Source: Octopus sinensis (Eukaryota). From it: a stretch of DNA of 64,000 nt. The notes under the pieces were generated by a model. That model did not search any database, was not told where the DNA came from, and saw only the letters and a program-made list of their open reading frames with translations. This document shows, in pieces, positions 39,050 to 51,420 of the stretch. The position numbers were made by a program, and so were the translations under genes. Location: positions 1,302,001-1,366,000 of the forward strand of contig NC_043019.1 in NCBI RefSeq assembly GCF_006345805.1, given 5' to 3'. How positions within the stretch are numbered: position 1 is the first letter of the stretch; each line of letters begins with the position of its first letter.

Positions 39050-39769
39050 GTGTGTGTGTGTTGTGTGTGTGTGTGTGTGTTGTGTGTGTGTGTGGTGTGT
39101 GTGTGTGTGTGTGTGTGTGCCCGTGTGTGTGGGTGTGTGTGTGTCTTTTAGTTGTGTTTTTACCCAACCAGGACTACTGCTTGACAACCTGTATTGGTTT
39201 GCTTGCGTTCCAGTAGGCTAGTGGTTCGGCAAAAGAGATATAGTTTGTCCATAAGGTAAGTACCAGACTAAGTACCAGGATCTTGTAAAACAATGAGTAC
39301 AGGGGCCGATGGAAAATCTTACGTATTAGTGGAAATTTAAACAACAATATGAGTTTAAACGTTGTTTTCGTGCAAAGAGAATGCTAATAAGACCTCGATT
39401 CCGTATTCGCATCGACCGAGTCTAGTATTATAACACTGATACAATATTTAAATGAGGAAAAAAAAAAAAAAACGTAGTTATTACCTCGCTTAATCTTTTG
39501 AGTAAGAAAATGAAAGCATTCGTAGGCTAGTCATGTAATAAATGCTTATCGCTTTCTACCTAGTTAGACTCAACTCTGCAATACAAGAAATGATGTATGT
39601 TCAGTTCATTAAAAATTCTGTGTATGTGTCAAGATATAGTATGTGCAAAACGCTCACAGCTAACAGTGATAGAATGACCTCTATAAAGTAACTTCCTGCC
39701 ACGTGTAATATAGATTTCAAAGTTATCCGGAATAGAATGTGAAAGAAATCTCTTATAGTAAATACAGAT

Positions 39770-39805
<36 letters not shown>

Positions 39806-39831
39806 ATATATATATATATAATATATATATA

Positions 39832-39863
<32 letters not shown>

Positions 39864-39867
39864 GTAT

Positions 39868-40029
39868 AGGTGCAAGAATGGCTGTGTTGTAAGTAGCTTT
39901 TTACCAACCACATGGTTCCAGGTTCATTTCCACTATGTGGCACCTTCTGCAAGTGTCTTCTACTATAGCTTCGGGTTGACCAAAGCCTTGTGAGTCGATT
40001 TGGTAGAGGGAAACTGAAAGAAGCCCGTC

Positions 40030-40061
<32 letters not shown>

Positions 40062-40286
40062 GTATGTATGTATGTATATGTTTGTGAGCCTTTGTTTGTC
40101 CCTAACATCGTGTGACAACCGATGGTCGTGTGTTTATGTCCCCATGACTTAGCAGTTTGGCAAAAGAGACCGATAGAATATGTACTTGGCTTGCAAAGAA
40201 TAAGTCATGGGGTCGATTTGCTCGACTAAATGTGATGTTCTACCATGGCGGCAGTCAATGACTGAAACACATAAAAGAGTAACGAG
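39868..40286 (+). mobile_element. SINE family A, diverged
   Basis: Sequence similarity to other copies. Confidence 0.85.
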
Positions 40287-40368
<82 letters not shown>

Positions 40369-41399
40369 GTATATGAAACCTGACCAACACATTTTTAACA
40401 TTAGAAGTACTGGACGATTGTCTGCCTTTAAGCACTAGAATGCGTCAATTTATGCAAAGATGTTTTTCAATTTGAAAGGAAACAAAAAGAAGACAGGAAA
40501 AGAAGAAGTAGACAAATCTATCACGATAATACTAGTCGTAATAGTTTGATATTTTGGAAGAAATTTATTCTTATAAAATAGAAATAAATTTATTGAAATT
40601 GTAAACATTCATCGCACACTCTTGCTAGAACTTTTTTTACAGACTCCATACATGTTTGTGATTCTGTTTTGGAATTTTGATTTCACACATGTACATCTGA
40701 CTTTATTTCTGGAGGTGGATATTTTCTCAATTGGGCTTTTAGTAATACATGAACGACGGAATCAGAACAAATTCTTCAGTAAAATTTTAAATATATTCCC
40801 ATTGGCTAAATAACTGAGTTGCAAACGCTTGTGTGTATTACTCAGTTGTTTATAACAGCGACATCCAAAATATTATATAAAACGTGCATTGGCCATCGTC
40901 CTCTGCTTGCTTTCACTGAATAAAATCTTGCTATTTGGTCAAACACGTCTACCTTATTTTCATGATTATGGTGTCAGGCTTTCTCTCGGGGTTATTTTCA
41001 GAAGGAACTTCTACATGTTGATGTAAGGTACTCAAAACAACAAAAGACTTTGATATTTTTTACTGATACGATGTGTGATATTAGGATTGCCTGTGGATTT
41101 CAAAACCATAGTTTCATGGACTGGTTTCATTTGTTTTACTGTTTCTGGTTCCGGGTTGGAGAGGCTTTGCAATTACTGAATATCTAAAACGTTGTCACGT
41201 GTATTTATAAAGAAAAGCAAGTGAAACTTTCAAAAGTTGCGAAAGCGTCAATTGACACCTTCGGAACTTATCAGTAGTATGTGGTTTATATAATATATAT
41301 ATTGTATATAGAAAAGTAACTCTAGGCGAAATGTCATTGCTTGAGAAGAAAATCAATATCCTTGGTTTGATGTGTTTGAATATAAGGTCTACTCCAAAA

Positions 41400-44156
41400 T
41401 TAAAGGATTACTGGTAACAACGACAAGAACATGCACAACACACGCACTCCGTGAAGAGAACTGCTGTTCAGACTTTCAGTGTCTAATGAAAATGACGACA
41501 GGCTAAATGTTAAATTTTTATATCCAGGACCGTTTTAGAAGCAATATAAGTCACCTGGAAAATCAATGCACTGGGCCCTAAATTCTTTATTTATTGACTG
41601 CAGGTATTTATTTATTAACCAGGGGATACATAGATCGGAATTGTTCTTCTGGGTCTGTGAGGCCGTCCTACAACTGTCCAGCGCTTAGGGAGTTTCTGTT
41701 CTTAACATTGAGGATTCCTGGCAGCTAGGCAGTTGTTATTTGATCAGTTCTCAGACGATAGATTCCCCAATGTATATTAACTAAGTTTAATTGATGTGCA
41801 ATCCCTAAGGATATTTTAACGCTAACTGGTTCGTTTAATCTTTTATAAAGATCAAGTTTTATTGAAATTGGAATACTGCTCACACGACAAGAAGGAAGCT
41901 TTTTCTAGAGACACAAATATTCCAGACCACTTGACTGTAATGATTGTCTGCTGAATCACAGACACTCACTATGATATTTAATGCAAACTTTATCTAACGA
42001 ACACCCTGTATAGTTCTCGATGCTGTATCTACTGCAACCACTACAATGACGCCTATTCCACTGCCTACCTTCATTTAACCACATTTAACTGCTTACCTTC
42101 ATCACACAATTCCCATGTAGTTGCCCTGTTCCCTTTACGGATTTCCTTAGAGTGACTTATCCTTAAGACGTCACAATATATACATTACTTAAGATCTCAC
42201 TTAAGACGTCACGATAAATGCGTTACTGAAGTTTGCTTCGCCATACCAAAAACCACCTGGAACCAATTCTTTACTTAGGTCTCCTATGCCTGTTGTCAAA
42301 TGACTGTAGTCTGAACTAAACCTCCACAGTATTTTGGCGACAACGTTAGAAATATCTGCAAATATAATGGATTCCCATCTACCAATGAAATATCGGTCAA
42401 TTAAATATAGTTAAGTTCTATTTACTTGATAGCTTTCCATATTTTACTGTGAGAGTACTACTCTGAAGATTCTGCACAGAGGCTGTCCACATTTCGGGAA
42501 TTTTATTTTCATGTAGTTTCACTATTCTTTATTTTTAACGTTTTATTTCTTATAATGCTTTGGCTGGCCAAGATAAATATTCTCTGAATTGTTGCCGTGC
42601 ATTTATTTACAATAAAGTAGAACTATATTTAAAGCAGTGAGCATTTATTATGCTTTTTATCTGCAGCATTGCATTACATAATATAACGTTAATATGTGTC
42701 CTGGAGCATAGGAAAGAAGACGGCGACAGACTGCAAATATATATGTGCAATTCCAATGCGGTTACATTTTCCTTTTATTCTTTCACTAGAATATATATTG
42801 CTGACAATAGAGAATCGTATTTTTTTTTCAAACGTTTAACACAATGAAAAGCGAGGCGACTTCCAATGCAACGTAACATGTGATGCTTAATGGAGAAGTC
42901 GATATATATATATATACATATATTGAAAAAGCTATGCTGTTTTCTATTCCTATTATGTTTGCCGCCGGGGGTACTATATGCACTGTTTCGTAAAGTTATT
43001 TCTTTGGTCAATATATATTGGTTTCAGATTTATGATTCGTACTATGAACTACTGTGCACTCTCTCTTTAAACAGTCGATAAAAGCAATTGTTGTTGCTTA
43101 GTTCTCCATGTACATATGCGGGTAAAACAGAGTCAATTGCTTAACTTGTCAGTGCTATATATTTATATCCATCAGTGGGTGATGGTGCTTATTTCTGCTT
43201 TGAGGGGAAGAAGTGAAAGCAATTGTGTTAAAAATGCAACGATACGAGAATGCTATTCTTCTTAATCTAGCCTGGTTTATTTAGCGACAAAACCGATTTT
43301 GGCAGTTTTTGAAATGACGAATAAGAATTCTCTGAATACAAGTTTCTCTAATCCACTGCCGAAGGATAAACAATATGATTCTATTCTGAAGTGGAGCATC
43401 ACAAGGTTGAAATCAAATATTAGTGTTCTGTCGGATTTCTCTACACAAACAATATTACAGGGTATCTCTCTTTACTCTCTCTTTTACTTGTTTCAGTCAT
43501 TTGACTGCGGCCATGCTGGAGCACCGCCTTTAGTCGAGCAAATCGACCCCGGGACTTATTCTTTGTAAGCCCAGTACTTATTCTATCGGTCTCTTTTGCC
43601 AAACCGCTAAGTGACGGGGACGTAAACACACCAGCATCGGTTGTCAAGCAATGCTAGGAGGACAAACACAGACACACAAACACACACACACACACATACA
43701 TATATATACATATATACGACAGGCTTCTTTCAGTTTCCATCTACCAAATCCACTCACAATGCATTTGTCGGCCCGGGGCTATAGCAGAAGACACTTGCCC
43801 AAGATGCCACGCAGTGGGACTGAACCCGGAACTATGTGGCTGGTTAGCAAGCTACTTACCACACAGCCTCTCCTGCGCCTATCCCTGAATTTTACTTACA
43901 ATTTTAAAAAAAGAATATTAGAAAAGAATTAGGGTAACTCACCTTACTTTACTGCAAAACGTAGACAAGCAAATACAGTTTTCTTAGAAGTGTCAGAATA
44001 CTTCATCTTGGGCTCCAATAGTCCCATGCATTCTGTTGAATTATCCTTCCTCCATGTACTTTTAAAATTGTAAACGTAGTATGGACACATGCTATTTGCC
44101 GTTGTTATATCTTGCAACAACACCGGTAGACACATAATCAACATTACTGCAGCCAT
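41400..44156 (-). pseudogene. Candidate 3-exon gene or pseudogene for a secreted GPI-anchored protein of unknown family
   Basis: Exon 1 44156-43948 (AAAATGG, signal-peptide-like MAAVMLIMCLPVLLQDITTA, donor GTAAGG); exon 2 ~42730-42097 (acceptor TTTGCAG, donor GAAG|GTAAGC, several frameshifts and stops); exon 3 41482-41400 in matching phase 1, encoding DTESLNSSSLHGVRVLCMFLSLLPVIL*. Confidence 0.45.
43466..43880 (-). mobile_element. SINE family A, full length (in predicted intron 1)
   Basis: Sequence similarity to other copies. Confidence 0.9.
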
Positions 44157-44257
44157 TTTTAAACAACATTCTTCAAAATATACCGGATGTAGCCAGCTAT
44201 TTCTGTTGCTGTAATTGTTCTTGTTATTGCTGCGCTTACAGATTCTTTAAAACCTCC

Positions 44258-44292
<35 letters not shown>

Positions 44293-44511
44293 CGTGTGTA
44301 TCTTTGGCGATTTTTATTTCCTCCGTCTTCCCTTCCTTGAATCTTTGCTTTTCCTATGTTTCTGACGAAGAGCTTCGTTTGAAACGTTAAATCCTCCTTC
44401 TTTCTTTCCTTTCCTGAGCGTCCAATACTACTATACTTGTTCCACGTCCTCGCGTTGTTGTGTTTTCTCTTTGTTTTCATGTTAGGATTAACTTTACATA
44501 TATATGCATGT

Positions 44512-44562
<51 letters not shown>

Positions 44563-45169
44563 TATATATAATATAATATAAATGATATATAAATATATGC
44601 ATATATACATACATATGTGTACATACCTACATATATATGTATATATACATTCATATATGGGTACAGGACATCGAAAAATCGTTGAACACGTTTCGAAGGC
44701 AAGGACAAGACGCCACCTCGTTGAAACAATCCTTTCGGCAAAACAAATTAACTAAAATTTGGAATTTTTTGCGGAGGGTGAAAGTATTTTAACTGTTTTG
44801 TTCTCACTCTCCTGTTCTTGTTACCACTTTCACCATTTTCAAAAAATCGCGTCTTGTCTTTGCCCTCGAACACTGAGTAGTTGAACCAGGGACAACTGAA
44901 GAAGGGGGATATTATTTATGTTTTATGTCTCATCTCTCTGTTTATTTTTTTCATTGCTCGAAAAACTGTTCGTGTATATGTTTTTGTTTTTATGTTTTCG
45001 TTCCCCATTGTGTTCAAAGTTTGTTTGATATCTTGTACCCATATATGCATGCATATATACATATATATATATATGTAGGTTTGTACATGTATGTATGTAT
45101 ATATGCATATATTTATATATCATTTATATTATGATGTGATCGAACGCCACGCAACCTTTTCCGAGTAAG

Positions 45170-45210
<41 letters not shown>

Positions 45211-45247
45211 TATATATATATATATATATTATATATATATATATATA

Positions 45248-45642
45248 TTATATATAAAAGTAAATTTGTGTGCTATCTGTCTCCTACGATTTATATTCCT
45301 AACTACTCCCACATTTTGCGGTGCAGTTTAACCAAAACCGGCCATCTTATAGTCGTGATTCATATCGAGCCCTTCTGGGTATTAGCGCGCATCTACAATG
45401 AGTCTACAATTTAAAAAAAAAATTACCATCAATTTTTCCCATTTTTAATGCATTTTTGGCATATATAAGGGTAGTAACTCTCTAAAAATGTATTATTAAA
45501 TCTCAGAACGTAAAAAGCTACAGTAACCCCCCCCCTTTGTGGTTAGCCATATTGAGATGGCTATTATACTTTACATCTCTCTAAAAATGCTTATACAGTT
45601 AATTCCCTTACAAACTCGACCAACGCCGGGCGATACTGCTAG
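45248..45642 (+). mobile_element. Non-autonomous Helitron
   Basis: Same family as 11289-11683; CTAG end at 45639-45642. Confidence 0.85.
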
Positions 45643-45850
45643 TATATATATATATATATATTATATAAAAGGGTTTAGTAAAATAAATTACTTTGCCGCA
45701 TACTAAACTCATTAGAAATAGCAGCTAAAAAACTTTTTTAAAGCTATTTCTAATACTTAAAGAAAATCTCTCTCATATATAGTGTTTGCTTAATTCAACT
45801 CACAAAAGTTTGGGGGTAAGGACATCGAAAAATCAAATGCTAAGGTTATT

Positions 45851-45902
45851 TGAGAACGTACGTTTCAAGATTAGTCAAAACAACACTTCTATCATCAGCT
45901 CA
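45851..45902 (-). ncRNA. Minimal type I hammerhead ribozyme, array copy 1
   Basis: TGAG-CTGATGA-helix II-GAA-ACGTACGT-T-CTCA. Confidence 0.75.
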
Positions 45903-46394
45903 GAAATTCCTTGGTTTGGATTTGGAAACACTGAAAATAAGAACATACCCTTTCGAAGATCTGCTCGTAACTAACAGTGCCAACAAATTCAAATAAGCAA
46001 GCGAAGAATCTCTGTTCTCCCCTTTCCACCAGCGTGGGTTAAAATCATCAAACACTATGCTTATTTCGGTAAAATCCGAAGCATTAATCAGAGGGAGATT
46101 AATTATAATTTCAACAATTGAGGGCAAAATTAATTAATTATTAATCAATTTCACCAAGTGTTCAGTATGCAAAGGGACCATTCAAGGCGAATTCAAATTA
46201 TTACATTATATAAAAGGGCTTAGTAAAATAAATTACTTTGCCGCATACTAAACTCATTAGAAATAGCAGCTAAAAAACTTTTTTAAAGCTATTTCTAATA
46301 CTTAAGAAAATCCTCTCTCATATATAGTGTTTGCTTAATTCAACTCACAAAAGTTTGGGGGTAAGGACATCGAAAAATCAATGCTAAGGTTATT

Positions 46395-46447
46395 TGAAGA
46401 ACGTACGTTTCAAGATTAGTCAAAACAACACTTCTATCATCAGCTCA
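46395..46447 (-). ncRNA. Minimal type I hammerhead ribozyme, array copy 2
   Basis: As copy 1; 1-nt insertion in helix I (possible sequencing error). Confidence 0.6.
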
Positions 46448-46936
46448 GAAATTCCTTTTTGCATTTGGAAACACTGAAAATAAGAACATACCCTTTCGAA
46501 GATCTTCTCGTAACTAACAGTGCCAACAATTCAAATAAGCAGCGAAGAATCTCTGTTCTCCCCTTTCCACCAGCGTGGGTTAAAATCATCAAACACTATG
46601 CTTATTTCTCGGTAAAAATCCGAAGCATTAATCAGAGGGAGATTAATTATAATTTCAACAATTGAGGGCAAAATTAATTAATTATTAATCAATTTCACCA
46701 AGTGTTCAGTATGCAAAGGGACCATTCAAGGCGAATTCAAATATTACATTATATAAAAGGGCTTAGTAAAATAATTACTTTGCCGCATACTAAACTCATT
46801 AGAAATCGCAGCTAAAAAACTTTTTTAAAGCTATTTCAATACTTAAAGAAAATCTCTCTCATATATAGTGTTTGCTTAATTCAACTCACAAAAGTTTGGG
46901 GGTAAGGACATCGAAAAATCAAATGCTAAGGTTATT

Positions 46937-46987
46937 TGAGAACGTACGTTTCAAGATAGTCAAAACAACACTTCTATCATCAGCTCA
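46937..46987 (-). ncRNA. Minimal type I hammerhead ribozyme, array copy 3
   Basis: As copy 1; 1-nt deletion in the helix II bulge. Confidence 0.7.
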
Positions 46988-47831
46988 GAAATTCCTTGGT
47001 TTGGATTTGGAAACACTGAAAATAAGAACATACCTTTCGAAGATCTGCTCGTAACTAACAGTGCCAACAAATCAAATAAGCAAGCGAGAATCTCTGTTCT
47101 CCCCTTTCCACCAGGTGGGTTAAAATCATTCAACACTATGCTTATTTCGGTAAAATCCGAAGCATTAATCAGAGGGAGATTAATTATAATTTCAACCATG
47201 TGAGGGCAAAATTAATTAATTATTAATCAATTTCACCAAGTGTTCATTTGCAAAGGGACCATTAAGCAAACACTATATATGAAGAGAATTTTCTTTAAGT
47301 ATTAGAAATAGCTTTAAAAAAGTTTTTTAGCTGCTATTTCTAATGAGTTTAGTATGCGCAAGTAATTTATTTTACTAAGCCTTTTATATAATGTAAAATT
47401 TTGAATTCGCCTTGAATGGTCCCTTTGCATACTAACACTTGGTGAAATTGATTAAAAGTTTTTTAAGCTGCTATTTCTAATGAGTTTAGTATGCGGCAAA
47501 GTAATTTATTTTACTAAGCCCTTTTATATAATGTAATAATTTGAATTCGCCTTGAATGGTCCCTTTGCATACTGAACACTTGGTGAAATTGATTAATAAT
47601 TAATTAATTTTGCCCTCAATTGTTGAAATTATAATTAATCTCCCTCTGATTAATGCTTCGGATTTTACCGAAATAAGCATAGTGTTTGATGATTTTAACC
47701 CACGCTGGTGGAAAGGGGAGAACAGAGATTCTTCGCTGCTTTATTGAATTTGTTGGCACTGTTAGTTACGAGCAGATCTTCGAAAGGTATGTTCTTATTT
47801 TCAGTGTTTCCAATCCAAACCAAGGAATTTC

Positions 47832-47882
47832 TGAGCTGATGATAGAAGTGTTGTTTTGACTATCTTGAAACGTACGTTCTCA
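47832..47882 (+). ncRNA. Minimal type I hammerhead ribozyme, array copy 4
   Basis: As copy 3, on the opposite strand. Confidence 0.7.
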
Positions 47883-48373
47883 AATAACCTTAGCATTTGA
47901 TTTTTCGATGTCCTTACCCCCAAACTTTTGTGAGTTGAATTAAGCAAACACTATATATGAGAGAGATTTTCTTTAAGTATTAGAAATAGCTTTAAAAAAG
48001 TTTTTTAGCTGCTATTTCTAATGAGTTTAGTATGCGGCAAAGTATTTATTTTACTAAGCCCTTTTATATAATGTAATAATTTGAATTCGCCTTGAATGGT
48101 CCCTTTGCATACTGAACACTTGGTGAAATTGATTAATAATTAATTAATTTTGCCCTCAATTGTTGAAATTATAATTAATCTCCCTCTGATTAATGCTTCG
48201 GATTTTACCGAAATAAGCATAGTGTTTGATGATTTTAACCCACGCTGGTGGAAAGGGAGAGACAGAGATTCTTCGCTTGCTTATTTGAATTTGTTGGCAC
48301 TGTTAGTTACGAGCAGATCTTCGAAAGGGTATGTTCTTATTTTCATGTTTCCAAATCCAAACCAAGGAATTTC

Positions 48374-48425
48374 TGAGCTGATGATAGAAGTGTTGTTTTG
48401 ACTAATCTTGAAACGTACGTTCTCA
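48374..48425 (+). ncRNA. Minimal type I hammerhead ribozyme, array copy 5
   Basis: TGAG CTGATGA TAGAAGTGTTGTTTTGACTAATCTT GAA ACGTACGT T CTCA; predicted cleavage 3' of 48421. Confidence 0.75.
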
Positions 48426-48918
48426 AATAACCTTAGCATTTGATTTTTCGATGTCCTTACCCCCAAACTTTTGTGAGTTGAATTAAGCAAACACTATATA
48501 TGAGAGAGATTTTCTTTAAGTATTAGAAATAGCTTTAAAAAAGTTTTTTAGCTGCTATTTCTAATGAGTTTAGTATGCGGCAAAGTAATTTATTTTACTA
48601 AGCCCTTTTATATAATGTAATAATTTGAATTCGCCTTGAATGGTCCCTTTGCATACTGAACACTTGGTGAATTGATTAATAATTAATTAATTTTGCCCTC
48701 AATTGTTGAAATTATAATTAATCTCCCTCTGATTAATGCTTCGGATTTTACCGAAATAAGCATAGTGTTTGATGATTTTAACCCACGCTGGTGGAAAGGG
48801 GAGAACAGAGATTCTTCTTCGCTTGCTTATTTGAATTGTTGGCACTGTTAGTTACGAGCAGATCTTCGAAAGGGTATGTCTTATTTTCAGTGTTTCCAAA
48901 TCCAAACCAAGGAATTTC

Positions 48919-48970
48919 TGAGCTGATGATAGAAGTGTTGTTTTGACTAATCTTGAAACGTACGTTCTCA
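48919..48970 (+). ncRNA. Minimal type I hammerhead ribozyme, array copy 6
   Basis: Identical to copy 5, 545 nt downstream. Confidence 0.75.
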
Positions 48971-49254
48971 AATAACCTTAGCATTTGATTTTTCGATGTC
49001 CTTACCCCCAAACTTTTGTGAGTTGAATTAAGCAAACACTATATATGAGAGAGATTTTCTTTAAGTATTAGAAATAGCTTTAAAAAAGTTTTTTAGCTGC
49101 TATTTCTAATGAGTTTAGTATGCGGCAAAGTAATTTATTTTACTAAGCCCTTTTATATAATGTAATAATTTGAATTCGCCTTGAATGGTCCCTTTGCATA
49201 CTGAACACTTGGTGAAATTGATTAATAATTAATTAATTTTGCCCTCAATTGTTG

Positions 49255-49294
<40 letters not shown>

Positions 49295-50086
49295 CATACA
49301 TACATGTGTGAGTGTGTAGACCTAACTTCAAAACTTTTCCAATCATGACCAACCTCGTTTTTCATCTTTTACAGATGTCGTTTTCAGAGTAGGCGCTTCA
49401 CATTTGTAATGATAAATGGTGTAATTTCAACAAATTTGGTTATGTTTATGAGATAAAGCAAGAACTTTATTTCCTCATTTGCTTATCATTAAAATTATCC
49501 CTCGTTCACCTGTGTTTCACTATATATGTGTATGTGTGTTTGTGTGTGCTTGTATGTGTGTGTGTGTGTATAAATACTCAAGAAATGGTTAAGTCCATTA
49601 TATATTATAGTGTAAATCCAGCACCTGGCAGAGACTCACATATTTAGAAATGATTTAATAGCAAAGTTATTATGGATTGTTACGTCTGAACTTTTAAGTT
49701 ACGACTTGCTGTGTGCCATTACTTATTTCATGTTACCGGATTAACATTTAGTCTCAGAAATGAGTAAATACGTAATCAAACTACAAAAGTTTTCATCTGG
49801 TCGACAGAAGAAAACGGCTAGTGAAATATCGACGGGCAGCTGATACATAAAAATAAGGAACGAGTAGTTACGTTAGCTGTAGACGTATTGATGATGAGAG
49901 CAATATATTTAACAATATATATCTTCATTAATAAATATATAGCCTGTATTGATGAATTAAAATAACCATCTACATGATTAATCCCAGGATTTGAATTAGG
50001 GAAAATTGCTGCTAAACAGAATGCTTTGGTGACTGAGTATAATATTCGAAAGTATATTTGAAGACCAACACAAACAACGCCTATAT

Positions 50087-50500
50087 AGGCGCAGGGGTGG
50101 CTGTGTGGTAAATAGCTTGCTTACCAACCACATGGTTCTGGGTTCAGTCCCATTGCGTGGTACTTCGGGCAAGTGTCTTCTAATATAGTCCCGGGCCGAC
50201 CAAAGCCTTGTGAGTGGATTTGGTAGACGGAGTCTGAAAGAAGCCCGTCGTATACATGTATATGTGTATATGTATGTGTGTTTGTGTGTCTGTGTTTGTC
50301 CCCCCAACATCACTTGACAACGGATGCTGGTGTATTTATGTCCCCGTAACTTAGCAGTTCGGCAAAAGAGACCGAAAGAATAAGTACTAGGCTTACAAAG
50401 AATAAGTCCTGAGGTCGATTTGCTCGACTATAAGGCGGTGCTCCAGCATGGCCGCAGTCAAATGACTGAAACAAATAAAAGAGTAAAAAGTGTAAAGAGT
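50087..50500 (+). mobile_element. SINE family A, full length
   Basis: Sequence similarity to other copies. Confidence 0.9.
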
Positions 50501-50689
50501 ATATATTTACATGAGCGTGTGTAACATGTGCGTTTAAATACGTTGATAATTTGATAGATGGACATATTGATAGAAAGGTAGTGATCAATATATATATATA
50601 TATAATATATATATATATAATATATATATATATATATAATATATATATATATGTATAATTAGATAGATCGAGATACATACATACGTATA

Positions 50690-50900
50690 ATACGAGGGAA
50701 TGCTGAAACGCTCCTGGCTTCGGGTAAAAGAAAGTACAAGAAGATCAGCGAATTAAGATTTCATTCAACACATTGACCTCTCAGATTCACACACTTATTG
50801 CAGTGGTCCTTCATTTATCCTGGGTGTTGTAAAACTCGGAAAGTTGGCACTTCAACTAAGCCTTTTGCGATACACTTAAAGTCAGAAACTTCTCAATCTC
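50690..50900. mobile_element. mariner-type MITE fragment
   Basis: TACGAGGGAATGCTGAAA terminus shared with 54722-54926. Confidence 0.55.
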
Positions 50901-51021
50901 TCCCACTTATATGATAAACATGTTTGTTTGTATCTGTGTGTATATGTAAGTATGCATGTTGCATGTATGTACTACGTATCTATGTGTCTGTGTACGTATG
51001 CATCCATGCATATATATATAT

Positions 51022-51322
51022 ATAATCAAATTAAGCAACAAGGATATCCAGAGGTGATGCAGTACGATCGTTTTACGCAACTCCACTTAATTGAACAATA
51101 CAACAATTACATCAATTTAAATGCAGAGCAATCCCAGATGCACAAAGACATAGAATGAAAATTAAATTAAATTAAAAATTGCATTACCTCTGAATATCCT
51201 TGTTGCTTATTTTGATTTTAATCACCTTATTTTGAAATTGTATGGATAACACCGTACTAAATTCTGGTGCCTCAACTTAAGCACCATATTCATCTGAATC
51301 TAAATGTTTGCTGAACTCATCT
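51022..51322. mobile_element. Penelope pLTR-derived imperfect palindrome (same family as 12807-13316)
   Basis: Arms 51022-51060 and 51180-51220; shared 3' segment aaattctggtgcc..aacttaag.accatattcatctgaatctaaa. Confidence 0.7.
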
Positions 51323-51420
51323 ACATATAGGTAGAAGGTTGAACAGAAACACACGAGTTGATATATATACGGGAAAAAGCCAAGGTAGAAAATGCTAAAA
51401 TAATTTTATAAAAAACATTT

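Larger units (their letters stand above)
45661..49262. repeat. ~545-bp tandem array in two inverted arms, one hammerhead per unit (candidate retrozyme)
   Basis: Unit starts at 45661, 46206 and 46749; orientation switch at 47263; flanked by (TA)n on both sides. Confidence 0.95.

Noticed and set aside
43299-43568. ORF MAVFEMTNKN...
   Set aside because: Non-ATG start, runs into a SINE and lies antisense within the predicted intron; no recognisable domain.
45642-45680. Array being part of the adjacent Helitron (similar ttatataaaag start)
   Set aside because: The Helitron ends properly at CTAG 45642, the array has no CTAG/hairpin terminus, and the motif is low-complexity.
45786-49035. Short ORFs in the array (MLNSTHKSLG..., MPSIVEII...)
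   Set aside because: Non-ATG or short, occur on both strands, are broken differently in each unit and resemble no known domain.
45661-49262. CRISPR-like array
   Set aside because: Units are ~545-bp full-length repeats with no unique spacers; eukaryotic context and no cas genes.
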